Shown one piece after another: positions 13,172-23,120 of a DNA stretch of 37,377 bases. Position 1 is the stretch's first letter; the number at the start of each line of letters is the position of its first letter. A model generated the notes under the pieces. It did not search any database. It worked only from the letters and a program-made list of their open reading frames with translations, and was not told the origin of the DNA. Origin of the DNA: a virus. A program made the translations under genes and the position numbers. The stretch lies in the IMG/VR virus record IMGVR_UViG_3300032105_000006; one strand, given 5' to 3'.

Positions 13172-13494
13172 CCGTACTTCTTCTCTAGAAAGTCTTTAAC
13201 GTGCAGACCTTGCCTCCAGAGCCAAATCCAGAATAGAAGCATGGACCCTAGACCAATAATGAGCAGTGTCCACATCGTCCTTACCTCTCCACTGACAGCA
13301 CAGAAGAACATGCCAACAGCGGAGAAAACGATAGAACACAGGAAAAGGAGAACGATGGGAGGAGATTTAGTAGGAGCCGCCGCCGCCATGCAGATGAAAT
13401 GCACGAACATACCAGCACCTATCAATGCAACTAGCATTCTCTCGAATAGCATCAGATGCATGATGCTTTCCCACGTAGCAAACACTTCATTCAT
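13168..13494 (-). CDS. Multi-pass membrane protein (holin/antiholin candidate)
   Basis: ORF track. Three or four hydrophobic helices. ATGA coupling to the endolysin. Confidence 0.7.
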   Translation of the reverse strand: MNEVFATWESIMHLMLFERMLVALIGAGMFVHFICMAAAAPTKSPPIVLLFLCSIVFSAVGMFFCAVSGEVRTMWTLLIIGLGSMLLFWIWLWRQGLHVKDFLEKKYG

Positions 13495-13496
13495 GA

Positions 13497-13853
13497 TCAG
13501 TCCTTTTTACTCGGCATGTACTTATCCCACATATACGGCCACAGCAGAGCAACAAGGAATGCGGCCAGATATAAAGGCGGCTGACTCACTCCGGGAACGG
13601 CGACAGAAACAAGCCATGGTGCACCAAGTCCACCCAAAAAGACAGAAATGATTCCATTGCTTACAGATACCACCTTGCTAACCTCCGGGTGTCTAAGTCT
13701 ATAAGCCACAGCCCCAACCCCGGAAACCGCCCACGTTACCCAATCATGCGATACGAACGCCGCAGTAGCTGCTGTTGCTGTAGAAGCCGCTATAGCGTGT
13801 TTTGAAGCTGCTGCGTAGGCGAACAAAAGTATCAGCTTTCGTTTTAGTCTCAT
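13497..13853 (-). CDS. Multi-pass membrane protein (holin candidate)
   Basis: ORF track. Hydrophobic helices and a charged C-terminus. Confidence 0.7.
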   Translation of the reverse strand: MRLKRKLILLFAYAAASKHAIAASTATAATAAFVSHDWVTWAVSGVGAVAYRLRHPEVSKVVSVSNGIISVFLGGLGAPWLVSVAVPGVSQPPLYLAAFLVALLWPYMWDKYMPSKKD

Positions 13854-14074
13854 GTCCTTCCCTTTTCAAGAAATAAGCGGATTCTAAGGTTGAGATAGAA
13901 CCAGATCATCCTAAGAAGGAACAACCCAGCACTGACGATTATAACGCTCACTGTAGAGACACTCTCTCCAAGAGCTTGGTAGAAACTAGGGACAAAAGCC
14001 GCGTTGAACAAGAAAATCCCGAGGCTCTCCACAAAGGCGATTGCCCAGCTTTTCTTGTCCCCTAAGTGCTTCAT
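13850..14074 (-). CDS. Two-TM small membrane protein (holin-like)
   Basis: ORF track. Confidence 0.7.
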   Translation of the reverse strand: MKHLGDKKSWAIAFVESLGIFLFNAAFVPSFYQALGESVSTVSVIIVSAGLFLLRMIWFYLNLRIRLFLEKGRT

Positions 14075-14523
14075 TTGAGGCTGTGGCAGATCGCCGCAAA
14101 CTGCGATGGCCCAAAAATCTCAGGGCACTTTAAGCCTACAGAGGCCCCAACAGCGCCGTTGCAGAACCATTCATCCCACTCGCCCCACGAGAAAGGCATA
14201 CAGGAAGCAAAGGCCCCACGCCAGTCATAGGGCGCGCCTTCATGGTCAATAAACCACTGCTCTGCGGCCTCTGCGCTCCATTGAGGCACGTTCACAATAT
14301 CCCAATGCTCAAGGTTCAGGTGGCAGCGTTTCATGCGAACGCCACCATCCCGAAGACTTGCAGAGCCGATCAGGACTGATCCGTCCTCGTACTCTCTCAA
14401 GATAGCTTCTACATGGGTGACGTTTCGATAATCACCTTTCTGAACAAGGCGAGTCAACCACCACCCTAGACGGACACTTGGCGTATCCTTGGTGTGCTTC
14501 CCGATGTATAGAGCTACGCGCAT
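14071..14523 (-). CDS. Permuted papain-like (NlpC/P60, YiiX-type) amidase candidate
   Basis: His (VTHVEA) precedes a late Cys (WFCNGAV), as in permuted C92-type enzymes. Assignment is by motif order only. Confidence 0.5.
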   Translation of the reverse strand: MRVALYIGKHTKDTPSVRLGWWLTRLVQKGDYRNVTHVEAILREYEDGSVLIGSASLRDGGVRMKRCHLNLEHWDIVNVPQWSAEAAEQWFIDHEGAPYDWRGAFASCMPFSWGEWDEWFCNGAVGASVGLKCPEIFGPSQFAAICHSLK

Positions 14524-14900
14524 TACAGTTTTGCCGCCTCGATAAAAAGTGCATCCATTTCTGATTCAGTCATACCAATAGACTGTGCGAGAGAAATGGT
14601 TAACAGTTGATCCCGTTTCACCTCGTTAGAGTAGTCCCATTCAATCCGTGCTGCCTCGCCTTGGGGGCCGGTCATTGAAGCAATTGCGTTGTTCACTGCT
14701 TGTAACTTACCGGCCTGCAAAAGCGCCAATCGAGCTTGACGCATAGTTACTGATTGCGGAACAGGCTGAATAGGTTTATTTGCATCACGGATGGCCTCTG
14801 CCTCCTGCTCGGTGATCTGGACACAGCCGGTCGGCAGCAGGTAGGCGAACTCTGGATCGATGACGTGTAGGGTGTTGTCGGGGTCTTTGTAGTTTTTCAC
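14523..14900 (-). CDS. Tail fibre assembly/chaperone-like protein
   Basis: Position directly after the tail fibre gene. General resemblance to DUF4376-type proteins. Confidence 0.5.
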   Translation of the reverse strand: MKNYKDPDNTLHVIDPEFAYLLPTGCVQITEQEAEAIRDANKPIQPVPQSVTMRQARLALLQAGKLQAVNNAIASMTGPQGEAARIEWDYSNEVKRDQLLTISLAQSIGMTESEMDALFIEAAKL

Positions 14901-14910
14901 GAGTCAGTCC

Positions 14911-16263
14911 TTATCGAAGTTCATACCATGTGGCAATTCCGCTGGCCGGAGCTGAAGAATACGACTGAAACGCAGGAACCGTAAACGAATAAAGGTTTGT
15001 GGGAGCAGAAAAAATAGTAGTACCGTTCACAGTAGCCGAAGAATCAGAGCCTCCAGTAACCGGCTCAATAATCACGGAAATCGGCTTACCTGTAGTGTTG
15101 TAGTAAGTTGTCCCGCTGGAGCGAGAGCTAGTCACGTCCTGCCAAGTTTGGCCATAGCCCAGAGAAGACATTGCAGTGAGTGCATTACCTCCAGCGCCTT
15201 GAATCAGGCTGGGGGCAGTTGCCCAAGTTCCTGCTGTTGCCTGAGTGCTTCGGATAATACCAATCACCCGATAGGCCACGTTAGTGCGTGCAGTCGTTGA
15301 GTAGATCACCGTTGCACTGTCAGCACCACCAGCACCACCCTCTGCGGTTGTGCTGATAAGTCCAGTTTCTGACAGATCAACACCACCAGACATGTTGACG
15401 GCTGCAAGTTCAATCGTGCCAGCATTGTTAATCGCAAGGACTACAATCTGGCTTTGAATTCCGTTTACCGTGCCAAGCGTAGAACCGCTGGAAATAACAA
15501 GGTTAGCGGGAGTTCCAGAAACAGTAGTAACAGTCCCACTACCAAGAGTTGTAGAGCGGAAATCAAGCGTTAGGGCGCTTGCGCTGATGGTCAGTGCGTT
15601 AGACCCTACGGATGCGCTGATGGACTGAATAACGCCCCTGACCGCCCTATCTGCGTAAGCAGTAGTAGCAATTTTCGTGCTGTTGTCGTAAAGAGCTTGA
15701 GTAGTGGTTGTTACGCCAGCATCAAGAGTGGCAACAGTTTGTGCAGCAAGATTCGTCAGTTGAAAACGAGTGCCGTCATAGACAATCTGTACCAAAGCAC
15801 CGCTAGGAATATCACCGGCAGCTAGTGCTGTAGTTCCAAGTTTTGTGATGCTTTTAGCACCAAGGCCGTTGATGTTGATTGTTACAGCGCCAGTATTCGC
15901 ACCGGCAGAAACGAACTCAAATCGCTGCCCTGCGGCGTAAGCCACAAGAGCAGGGGTAAGGCTACCGGTGATCGTGTCTACACCGGAAATTGATCCGATA
16001 TAGGTGTAAGCGGAATCCTGAACCTGACCAAGATTGATGGAGTCACTACGGGCAGATCCATTCCCTACACTGGTGAACTTGAAGTTCCCCATGGGGATGT
16101 TTGCCGTAGCAGCAGCGGTACCATCTCTTTTAAGGTTTGCTGCGTCAGAAACTTGAATGGCATCAAACTCATTGTCAATTTCGGTCCCCTTGACAATCTT
16201 GCTGGGGTTACCAGAAGGCAATGCGTCTTTGGCGGCAAAGTCGGTAGTCTTGGTGTAGCTCAT
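14911..16263 (-). CDS. Tail fibre protein
   Basis: N-terminal ...NGLGAKSITKLGTTALAAGDIPSGALVQIVYDGTRFQL, typical of phage fibre anchors. Ser/Thr/Gly-rich distal part. Confidence 0.8.
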   Translation of the reverse strand: MSYTKTTDFAAKDALPSGNPSKIVKGTEIDNEFDAIQVSDAANLKRDGTAAATANIPMGNFKFTSVGNGSARSDSINLGQVQDSAYTYIGSISGVDTITGSLTPALVAYAAGQRFEFVSAGANTGAVTININGLGAKSITKLGTTALAAGDIPSGALVQIVYDGTRFQLTNLAAQTVATLDAGVTTTTQALYDNSTKIATTAYADRAVRGVIQSISASVGSNALTISASALTLDFRSTTLGSGTVTTVSGTPANLVISSGSTLGTVNGIQSQIVVLAINNAGTIELAAVNMSGGVDLSETGLISTTAEGGAGGADSATVIYSTTARTNVAYRVIGIIRSTQATAGTWATAPSLIQGAGGNALTAMSSLGYGQTWQDVTSSRSSGTTYYNTTGKPISVIIEPVTGGSDSSATVNGTTIFSAPTNLYSFTVPAFQSYSSAPASGIATWYELR

Positions 16264-16305
16264 GGTTTATCTTTCACTTGATAAATCAAGTTAGTGAGTC
16301 CTTAC

Positions 16306-17850
16306 TTAAATTCTACCATCCTTGGTTGTTACTTCCAGCTTTTGGATAGAGACGTTTTGATTGTTGATTGTTGCTTCCAAGCCAAACTGCCAGACCCGGC
16401 CCGATCCACCTCCATTGACTGATACTTCTTCCACAAAAATACCAGTGGTGTATTCCCATGTCGTGTTGTATTCAGCTACGTTGTATTCAGCTGCATTCGG
16501 GCTTCCATCAATATCATTCGTTTCTGAGCGATAGAAGTTTTCGTAGTCCTTGGCCCATTTGAAAATCAAGGTCTGAGCAGCGCCACCAATCATTGTGTAC
16601 CTGATCTTTTTAAGGATAGAGGTCTGAACCTGATTGCCAAAATCAATCCATGTCGTGAAGTAAGTCATCCGGTAGGTTTTTGTGTCATCCAAAAACCCTG
16701 AATACTCACCGATATAACCAGATTTTCCGATGTAAAACTTTCGGTTACTGGTTTCAAAGAAGGCACAAGCAAAGAAGTCAGGCCAAGCCGTCACCCGTGC
16801 AGAGCCATCGGGTAGAGTTCCTCTGGTATCAAAACAATAGGTAATGTTACCAATCGGAAGTCTCAAAAGATAAAACTGGTTGACTTGGCTGTAACCAGAT
16901 TTAATGTCCTCGGTATCTTCAAGACTCAAATACTGCATGAGGTCATCGCGGATGTTCTTGGAAAGATCGCGCATTGGAGCGGACTTTTCCTGAATGGTGC
17001 GAAGCATACTTCTAACACCCGTATCGGAAAGGAACAGAACATCAGTTCCGATGTTTTGAACCGAGTCCCGAGAGATGCATCCAATCCCGACAATAGAGTC
17101 TTCAAGGAATATATTTGCTGGGTCCGTAGCGTTGGCAAAGACAAGAATCTGCCTCTTGCCCATGATGAACAGACGGTTGTTGTGAGCCGCCAAGGCAACA
17201 ATCTGATCGCCACCAAGCGGCCAAATCTTAACAATATCCAAAGTCCCAGAGGTCCCGCCAGTCCATACATGAGGCGCTTGGAGGTCGGAGAAATAGACAA
17301 TCTGGCGCTCAGTTATAGTGTCTGCCGCCCAGATACGTCCAAACGCGGAAATCGCCTCATTGGCGTCAGGAACAGTACCTGCTGAGCCTGATTTTTCGCT
17401 CAGTCTTCGATATGTGGTCGTTGAAACAGCGGGGTCGTAAATCAAGGCATCGTAGTTCCTCTGCCAAAAAATACCAACCCCGTTGAGTTGGCAGAACTTC
17501 CAGTTGTTATCAAGAATGGTAGGAGCTACGCCACCACCACCATAAGTCAATTCAACCAGAGAGCCAGAAGACAGTTTGAACAGCTTGTTATTGCCAGCGC
17601 AAAGAACCGTTCCAGTCCCATCGTTTTCAATCACTTCTCCAATTGCACAGACTTGCGCAGTTGATAGTTCCGTACTGGCGGTATTCGCTTTGACCCATCC
17701 CTTTCGCCCGGCAACTCGTCCAAACTTGTCAATGACGCAGTTATTCGCCTCCAGAGCAAAATTAGGGGAAAGGTCTACCGGGCTTTCAGCGGTGTTGAGT
17801 CCGTAAAAACCGGGCGCTTGAATAGAAAAAGGAGACAGCGAACGAGCCAT
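16306..17850 (-). CDS. Tail hub/nozzle-type virion protein
   Basis: Size and position. Start set at ATG 17850 (TAATG coupling). The track uses TTG 17856. Confidence 0.6.
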   Translation of the reverse strand: MARSLSPFSIQAPGFYGLNTAESPVDLSPNFALEANNCVIDKFGRVAGRKGWVKANTASTELSTAQVCAIGEVIENDGTGTVLCAGNNKLFKLSSGSLVELTYGGGGVAPTILDNNWKFCQLNGVGIFWQRNYDALIYDPAVSTTTYRRLSEKSGSAGTVPDANEAISAFGRIWAADTITERQIVYFSDLQAPHVWTGGTSGTLDIVKIWPLGGDQIVALAAHNNRLFIMGKRQILVFANATDPANIFLEDSIVGIGCISRDSVQNIGTDVLFLSDTGVRSMLRTIQEKSAPMRDLSKNIRDDLMQYLSLEDTEDIKSGYSQVNQFYLLRLPIGNITYCFDTRGTLPDGSARVTAWPDFFACAFFETSNRKFYIGKSGYIGEYSGFLDDTKTYRMTYFTTWIDFGNQVQTSILKKIRYTMIGGAAQTLIFKWAKDYENFYRSETNDIDGSPNAAEYNVAEYNTTWEYTTGIFVEEVSVNGGGSGRVWQFGLEATINNQNVSIQKLEVTTKDGRI

Positions 17851-18497
17851 TAACAAGCCACCCAGATAGATTGGTCGCCAGAACGAGTACTCTCCATGCT
17901 GATCAAGTCTGCCATCATGGAGCGGAACAATTGATAAGCCTCGTTACTAGTAATACCGCCATCTTCTCCTCTCTCAACAAGCGCACGAGCATAAGCGCCC
18001 TGGACAACCAAATCATTGTCCATAAGAATGATGTCACCGTCTGCTGACAGGTCTGCTTGTGGGATGAACAGGTTGAACTTGATCGTATAGATTCCGTCAG
18101 GGATAGGATAAAGACGGACTTTTGTATCCGTACCATCCGACCCGCTGAAAGCATAGAAAGAAGGCCCGCCAGTCTGGGACGTTGAGAGTTGTGTCAGTCG
18201 ATCAAGATGATCAAGCGTGACAGCCTTAAGAATCGCATCATTCGTGTCATCAATCACACTGGATACACGGAACTTCCTACCAGAGCCAACTACCGTGTAT
18301 TCCTCTGTAGACGCGGAGGTCGTCACGTTGATCGTGTCGTACAGTGCTTCCCAGGTCCATGCGTTTTCAACCTGACGCTTGGAGTCGTTGACAAATTTAC
18401 CAATCAGCTTTGAATAAGCGTTGGCCGTGACAGTATTGACCTCATCCTCACGAAGTCTTACAAGCACATCGTTTACGCATTCAAGGTATGTAGCCAT
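17850..18497 (-). CDS. Head-tail adaptor-type virion protein
   Basis: Size and position upstream of the hub gene. Confidence 0.55.
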   Translation of the reverse strand: MATYLECVNDVLVRLREDEVNTVTANAYSKLIGKFVNDSKRQVENAWTWEALYDTINVTTSASTEEYTVVGSGRKFRVSSVIDDTNDAILKAVTLDHLDRLTQLSTSQTGGPSFYAFSGSDGTDTKVRLYPIPDGIYTIKFNLFIPQADLSADGDIILMDNDLVVQGAYARALVERGEDGGITSNEAYQLFRSMMADLISMESTRSGDQSIWVAC

Positions 18498-20149
18498 TAT
18501 TGCTCCGATAGAGCGGAAAAGTTAGCGACCACTGACTCTGATAGAACTTTCTGAGCAGCAATCCGGAAAGGGTCTTTTGCGGGTCGTTGGAGAAGTTTTG
18601 CAAACTCGTCAGGATCAGCAAGACGACGCGCCAGTTCTTGCGCCACCGGAGTATTTACATCCCCAAGCACGTTCTTGATCACGTAGTTGATGATCGTTGC
18701 AGGGCGAGACAAAAGATTAGGGGCTTGTGGAAGCTTCCCCGCCACGGAGTCTCTTAGAGACGTAGCCCGCACAATGTTCGCAATCCGCTTGGCTTCTTCC
18801 TGCCGACTAAGCTGGGCCTCGATATTCTTCATGCCTTTGGAATAGGTATTGAGATACTCTTTCCAAGAACCGCCTGCGCCTGCTTTTTCAATTGCGTCGT
18901 CAATGTACCTTTGCACGCTTTTCTCCAAACCGGCGGCCAGTTTCTTGTCCCAATTGGCAGTTTCCTTGGAGAATTGGGCAATCGTATTCCCAACTTCCTT
19001 ACGAACTGTGTAAAGATCATTGGCGTCAATCGTCCCATTTTGATTGCGAGGTAAAGCGCCGATCTTTTGCTGGATCGCAATCAGGGCTTTATTCACCACT
19101 TCGGAAGCACGTTTACCTGGAGTGTTGAGAATCTTGTCAATCTCGTAGGAAATGACGTTAGGGGTCACGCCTTGGACATTGGCGCGGGCAATCGCTGTTT
19201 CTCGAAGAGGCGCAGTAAGTTCACCAATGCTTTTCTCGTAAGCCTTGATAGCGGCCTCTTGACGACGAGCGACACTGGGAAGTAGGTCTTCCATTCCAGA
19301 AGCGCCGGTCAGTTGCTCTTGGAGTTTTACGACAGCACCGCCAGTTTGACGAGGTTGCCCAAGGTTTTGCTCGGCAATTGCTTCTGCAACAGTTGGACGA
19401 GCGCCGGGCACAAACTCGGAACGATTCCTGATCGCAGCAAGAATCTGCTGTTTTTGATCGCCTACGATTCTTTCGGCTGCATCGCCTGCAACTTTACTGA
19501 TTGCACGCTTATTTCCAAGAGAAGCGGCCAAAAGAGTAGCGGCATCCTTTGATTTCTCAGCAACCATCCTACCGGCAGCAAACGAAGCTTGAGGTGCAAT
19601 ACCTCCGACAAGACCGCTTACAAGTTGTCCCGTCTCTCCCATGCCGCTTTCACGCGCAAATCCTTGGCCCGCGCCTGCACCGGCAGAAGAAGTAATGCCA
19701 ACACTTGAGCCAAGACGCTCTGCAACTGCACGAGTCACAGGAGAAGCGGCGACCCGGGAAACTCCAAGAGCAACACCAGCCGCCCCGCCAGCACCAGCCA
19801 CCGTGCGAGAAATATCGCCAACAATGCGTTCCTTAGATGTTTCTGGCTGAGGAAGCCCAGCAACATTCGCCAAAGACTCACCAGATCCAGCACGAATCTG
19901 CATGTCATCTGGCAATACCATGTTCAAACCAGCACGGAAAGGGCTGGAAAGAACATCCAAGACACCGCCAACACCTTCAAGGCCGTATCTAGCAGTCAAT
20001 CCAAGTTGACGGCCAAACTCTTGACCAGTTGATCTTTGTTGAGCAGGCTGAATCCCCATCATCTTTTGGACGGTTGCTTGAATCACTTCGTTTGAAGTGC
20101 CTTCTGGAAATTCCAGAACAGTACCATCGGGCAGTTCTGCTTCAATCAT
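18497..20149 (-). CDS. Internal virion/ejection protein candidate (550 aa)
   Basis: N-terminal ELPDGTVLEFPEGTS motif seen in podophage internal proteins. Gly/Ala-rich segments. Confidence 0.6.
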   Translation of the reverse strand: MIEAELPDGTVLEFPEGTSNEVIQATVQKMMGIQPAQQRSTGQEFGRQLGLTARYGLEGVGGVLDVLSSPFRAGLNMVLPDDMQIRAGSGESLANVAGLPQPETSKERIVGDISRTVAGAGGAAGVALGVSRVAASPVTRAVAERLGSSVGITSSAGAGAGQGFARESGMGETGQLVSGLVGGIAPQASFAAGRMVAEKSKDAATLLAASLGNKRAISKVAGDAAERIVGDQKQQILAAIRNRSEFVPGARPTVAEAIAEQNLGQPRQTGGAVVKLQEQLTGASGMEDLLPSVARRQEAAIKAYEKSIGELTAPLRETAIARANVQGVTPNVISYEIDKILNTPGKRASEVVNKALIAIQQKIGALPRNQNGTIDANDLYTVRKEVGNTIAQFSKETANWDKKLAAGLEKSVQRYIDDAIEKAGAGGSWKEYLNTYSKGMKNIEAQLSRQEEAKRIANIVRATSLRDSVAGKLPQAPNLLSRPATIINYVIKNVLGDVNTPVAQELARRLADPDEFAKLLQRPAKDPFRIAAQKVLSESVVANFSALSEQ

Positions 20150-21297
20150 TTGACAATATTCCCTTGAGCATCAAACTTGATGCGTTTGCGTTGAGTAGGC
20201 TGAGTTTCGTTAGGATTAATAGGTGCGCCACCTTCCTGAACAGCAGCCTCATTAACGCTTTTTAACCAATTGTTGTAATGCCCAAGAATCTTGTTCAAAT
20301 TAGACTTGAGTTGGCCTGGACTTTGCTTCTGTTTCAGGCTTGCAAGCGTAGATTGCAGCATGTCCAGTTCCCGGATAGCAACTTGACCCAATGCTCCACC
20401 AGTAGGGGAGGCGTCTCGCATGGCTTGAAGCTCATCAAAACCGATGTTTGCTTGAATCGTATCAATCGTGGACTCAAGGTTTGCAGCCGGAGTACCGCCG
20501 ATGGCAGCCGTTGTCTGCCCAACAACACCTGCACTCAAAAGACCAACTTGAGTAATTGCTTCATTGATCTTGGAAATAACCAATTGAGCTTTTGTGCGCG
20601 CACGTTCACGCGCAGCAGCTTGCTTTGAAGTGTTGTCTTTAGGGCCGCCAGGAATAGGCTCAAGATCACCATTTGCAGTGTAGCGATAACCAGTCGGTGG
20701 TTTCGGAATTCCTGTAGTTCCTACTTTTTCAGCAGCAGCGTTTTCTTTGCGAATCAAGGCATTGATGCGACTATCAATGATGTTGTATTCGTTGCTTCCA
20801 ACAGGATAACGATTCCGGTCAAGAATAAAGCGCTGAATATCGCTTGCATACTTTGCTGGGTCTTCTGCCTCATTGGGTTTCAACGCTTTTTGAGCCTGCG
20901 CCAATGCATTACGTTCTTGAGCTTGATTTTCAGCAATTTGAGATTGACGCAGACGCATGACTTGAGCGGCCTGACTGAGCCGATAAGCCATATCAGTATT
21001 CCCAGCTTGATTAAATGCCTGTGCTGCTTGTAGCATTCCTTCAGGCGTACTGGTGTCAAATCGGCTCATAATGCTTTGCTGCTGTTGAGCCATTGCCTCT
21101 TGAGGGTTTTGCAGGCCAATCAACCCAGCACCTGCACGCGCCAAGTCTCCACCGGCTTGGTATAGTTGCATGTTGGCACGTTGGAAAGGATTCAGTTGTG
21201 CAAATTGCAGCGCAGCAGCATCCGAATCCGCCATTTCCTGACGGCGGATAGCTTGAGGGGTCAACCCAAACAGACTTTGAACGATGCTTTCAGCCAT
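20146..21297 (-). CDS. Internal virion protein candidate (383 aa), Gln/Ala-rich
   Basis: ORF track, position, ATGA coupling. Confidence 0.6.
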   Translation of the reverse strand: MAESIVQSLFGLTPQAIRRQEMADSDAAALQFAQLNPFQRANMQLYQAGGDLARAGAGLIGLQNPQEAMAQQQQSIMSRFDTSTPEGMLQAAQAFNQAGNTDMAYRLSQAAQVMRLRQSQIAENQAQERNALAQAQKALKPNEAEDPAKYASDIQRFILDRNRYPVGSNEYNIIDSRINALIRKENAAAEKVGTTGIPKPPTGYRYTANGDLEPIPGGPKDNTSKQAAARERARTKAQLVISKINEAITQVGLLSAGVVGQTTAAIGGTPAANLESTIDTIQANIGFDELQAMRDASPTGGALGQVAIRELDMLQSTLASLKQKQSPGQLKSNLNKILGHYNNWLKSVNEAAVQEGGAPINPNETQPTQRKRIKFDAQGNIVK

Positions 21298-22277
21298 TAT
21301 TCACCCCACGAAGTGCTATAGCCGTAGTTGGGTATACCTGTGTAATCAGGCGGCGTGTAAGTAGAAGTGTAGCCACGAAGCGCGTTGCCAAAACCACCAA
21401 GTAGGCTTGCAAATGGGTTATTGGCTTGAGCTTGGGCGCGGCTTTGGGCAGCAGCGTTAAGACCGCTTTGTAGCATTCCAGCCCCGACTTGGCTAGCAGC
21501 AGTCCCACGAGCGCCAATGTTCACACCAAGATCAAGTGCGTTCTGTCCCAGACCTTCAAGAGTCTGAGCGCCGCCAAGAGCCGTTTGATACGGAGAGTAT
21601 GCTTGGTTTTGAACGTCATACATAGACCCAAGCAACCCACCGCCCGTACCGACAAGACCAGCTCCAAATCGAGCGTAATCCATGCCAGCTTGAGTGGCGT
21701 TTGCAGCCAATTCACGGTCTTGACGAGCAATTGAGTTGTAGTAAGCAGCCAACTCAGGATTGGTCGCCATCATTCCACCTTCTCCGCCTATAGCAAGACC
21801 TTCTCTGCCACGCTGGAAAAGGTTATTGCGTAGACCAGCAAGTTGTTCAGCACGTTGCGGAGCCAACAATCCTTGTTGTTCTTGCAGGAACTTTTGAGCC
21901 TGCTCTTGAGGGGTAGAAGCAAGATACTGTTGACCAAGACCAATAAGACCTTGACCAGTTTGACCTAGACCTTGGGTTTGAGCAAATGCGTTTTGATACT
22001 GTTGAAGGGCATTGCTGGAAATGCCAAGAAGTTGCTCTTGTTGAGCGCGAAGTGTCGGATCAAGCGTGTATCCAGCACCAGTAACATTACCTTCGGCGTC
22101 AGTAGTAAAGTTAGAACTACCAAATCGCGTAGTTACGCCAACAGGGCGGAAACGCGACATTTCTGCGGCTTGTTCTGCCGCTGCTTGTTGTGAATCTGCT
22201 TGAGATTGAGCGGCCTTCTTCGCAGACCTACTCTGGAGGTAACCGCTTGCTACTGTTGCCGCTGCTGCCCATGGCAT
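21297..22277 (-). CDS. Internal virion protein candidate (326 aa), Gln/Gly/Ala-rich
   Basis: ORF track, position. Confidence 0.6.
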   Translation of the reverse strand: MPWAAAATVASGYLQSRSAKKAAQSQADSQQAAAEQAAEMSRFRPVGVTTRFGSSNFTTDAEGNVTGAGYTLDPTLRAQQEQLLGISSNALQQYQNAFAQTQGLGQTGQGLIGLGQQYLASTPQEQAQKFLQEQQGLLAPQRAEQLAGLRNNLFQRGREGLAIGGEGGMMATNPELAAYYNSIARQDRELAANATQAGMDYARFGAGLVGTGGGLLGSMYDVQNQAYSPYQTALGGAQTLEGLGQNALDLGVNIGARGTAASQVGAGMLQSGLNAAAQSRAQAQANNPFASLLGGFGNALRGYTSTYTPPDYTGIPNYGYSTSWGE

Positions 22278-22278
22278 A

Positions 22279-22812
22279 TTAATCTCCTTTGCGGATACAA
22301 ATAATCATTGTTACCCGCTCATAAGGTGTTTCATTTGTTACCCAATGAGTAAATTGGTTGTCAAACCAAAATAAATCACCGGGCTTTGTTTCAAGTTCTT
22401 CGCCTTCAAAACAAAATTTTTGACCGGGCGCACTGGTAATTTGAACTGCAAATTTTTGATAACGTCTAGCGTGCCATCCCGGATCAGTATGCGGCTTACA
22501 CATTTTCCCAGGAGGAATTCTTGTGATTAATACTCCGCCAAGTTCGTCACCTTCTGCAAACCTAAAAATATCATAAACAAGAGGCTTGATACCCAAAATA
22601 TCAGATGATGGATACCATTTGCTATCGTGAGCCTCTCCATCTACCGCTCTTTCCTGTTCTCCAAATCTTGCCCAAATATCATCTAAACCAAAATGCGGAC
22701 TTTTTTCATCCTCTGTCCTCGCAGTGTTTTGGTTCCATAAAGAAGGATTTTTTAGAAGTGCCCAATAAATAGGCGCAACATTAATACCCTCTTTAAGTAG
22801 TTTGATCTTCAT
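22279..22812 (-). CDS. Asp/Asn beta-hydroxylase-like (Asp_Arg_Hydrox family) 2OG/Fe(II) cupin oxygenase
   Basis: HTDPGWH...FAVQI...GDLFWFDNQFTHWVTNETPYERVTMIICI pattern. AT-rich. Confidence 0.7.
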   Translation of the reverse strand: MKIKLLKEGINVAPIYWALLKNPSLWNQNTARTEDEKSPHFGLDDIWARFGEQERAVDGEAHDSKWYPSSDILGIKPLVYDIFRFAEGDELGGVLITRIPPGKMCKPHTDPGWHARRYQKFAVQITSAPGQKFCFEGEELETKPGDLFWFDNQFTHWVTNETPYERVTMIICIRKGD

Positions 22813-23119
22813 GAATCAATCTCAATGAATCTTTTGCAAGTTCCTTTGGGGCTACATCATCAGCCCATAAACAAAGCCACACAATGTCAGTAAGTGCTAA
22901 CACCGAGTGTACTGTATTCTTTGGGATTGTGATGAGGTTGTAGCCAGAATACTTGGTTTTTTTGCCATCCACTGTGACTAAAGCGTCACCACTGACAAGC
23001 ACACTCATGTGCGAGTGTTCGTGTTTGTGAGACTCCAGATAATGACCGGCTGGAGCCTTTGTTTCTACAGCGAAAACGTTTCCAGACTCATCATCGCCGC
23101 CATGAAAATTGATTTCCAT
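22793..23119 (-). CDS. Monocupin metal-binding protein (108 aa)
   Basis: HKHEHSH...G and P..TVH cupin motifs. Start set at ATG 23119, 1 nt after the upstream stop. The track ORF starts at 23224. Confidence 0.65.
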   Translation of the reverse strand: MEINFHGGDDESGNVFAVETKAPAGHYLESHKHEHSHMSVLVSGDALVTVDGKKTKYSGYNLITIPKNTVHSVLALTDIVWLCLWADDVAPKELAKDSLRLIHEDQTT

Positions 23120-23120
23120 G

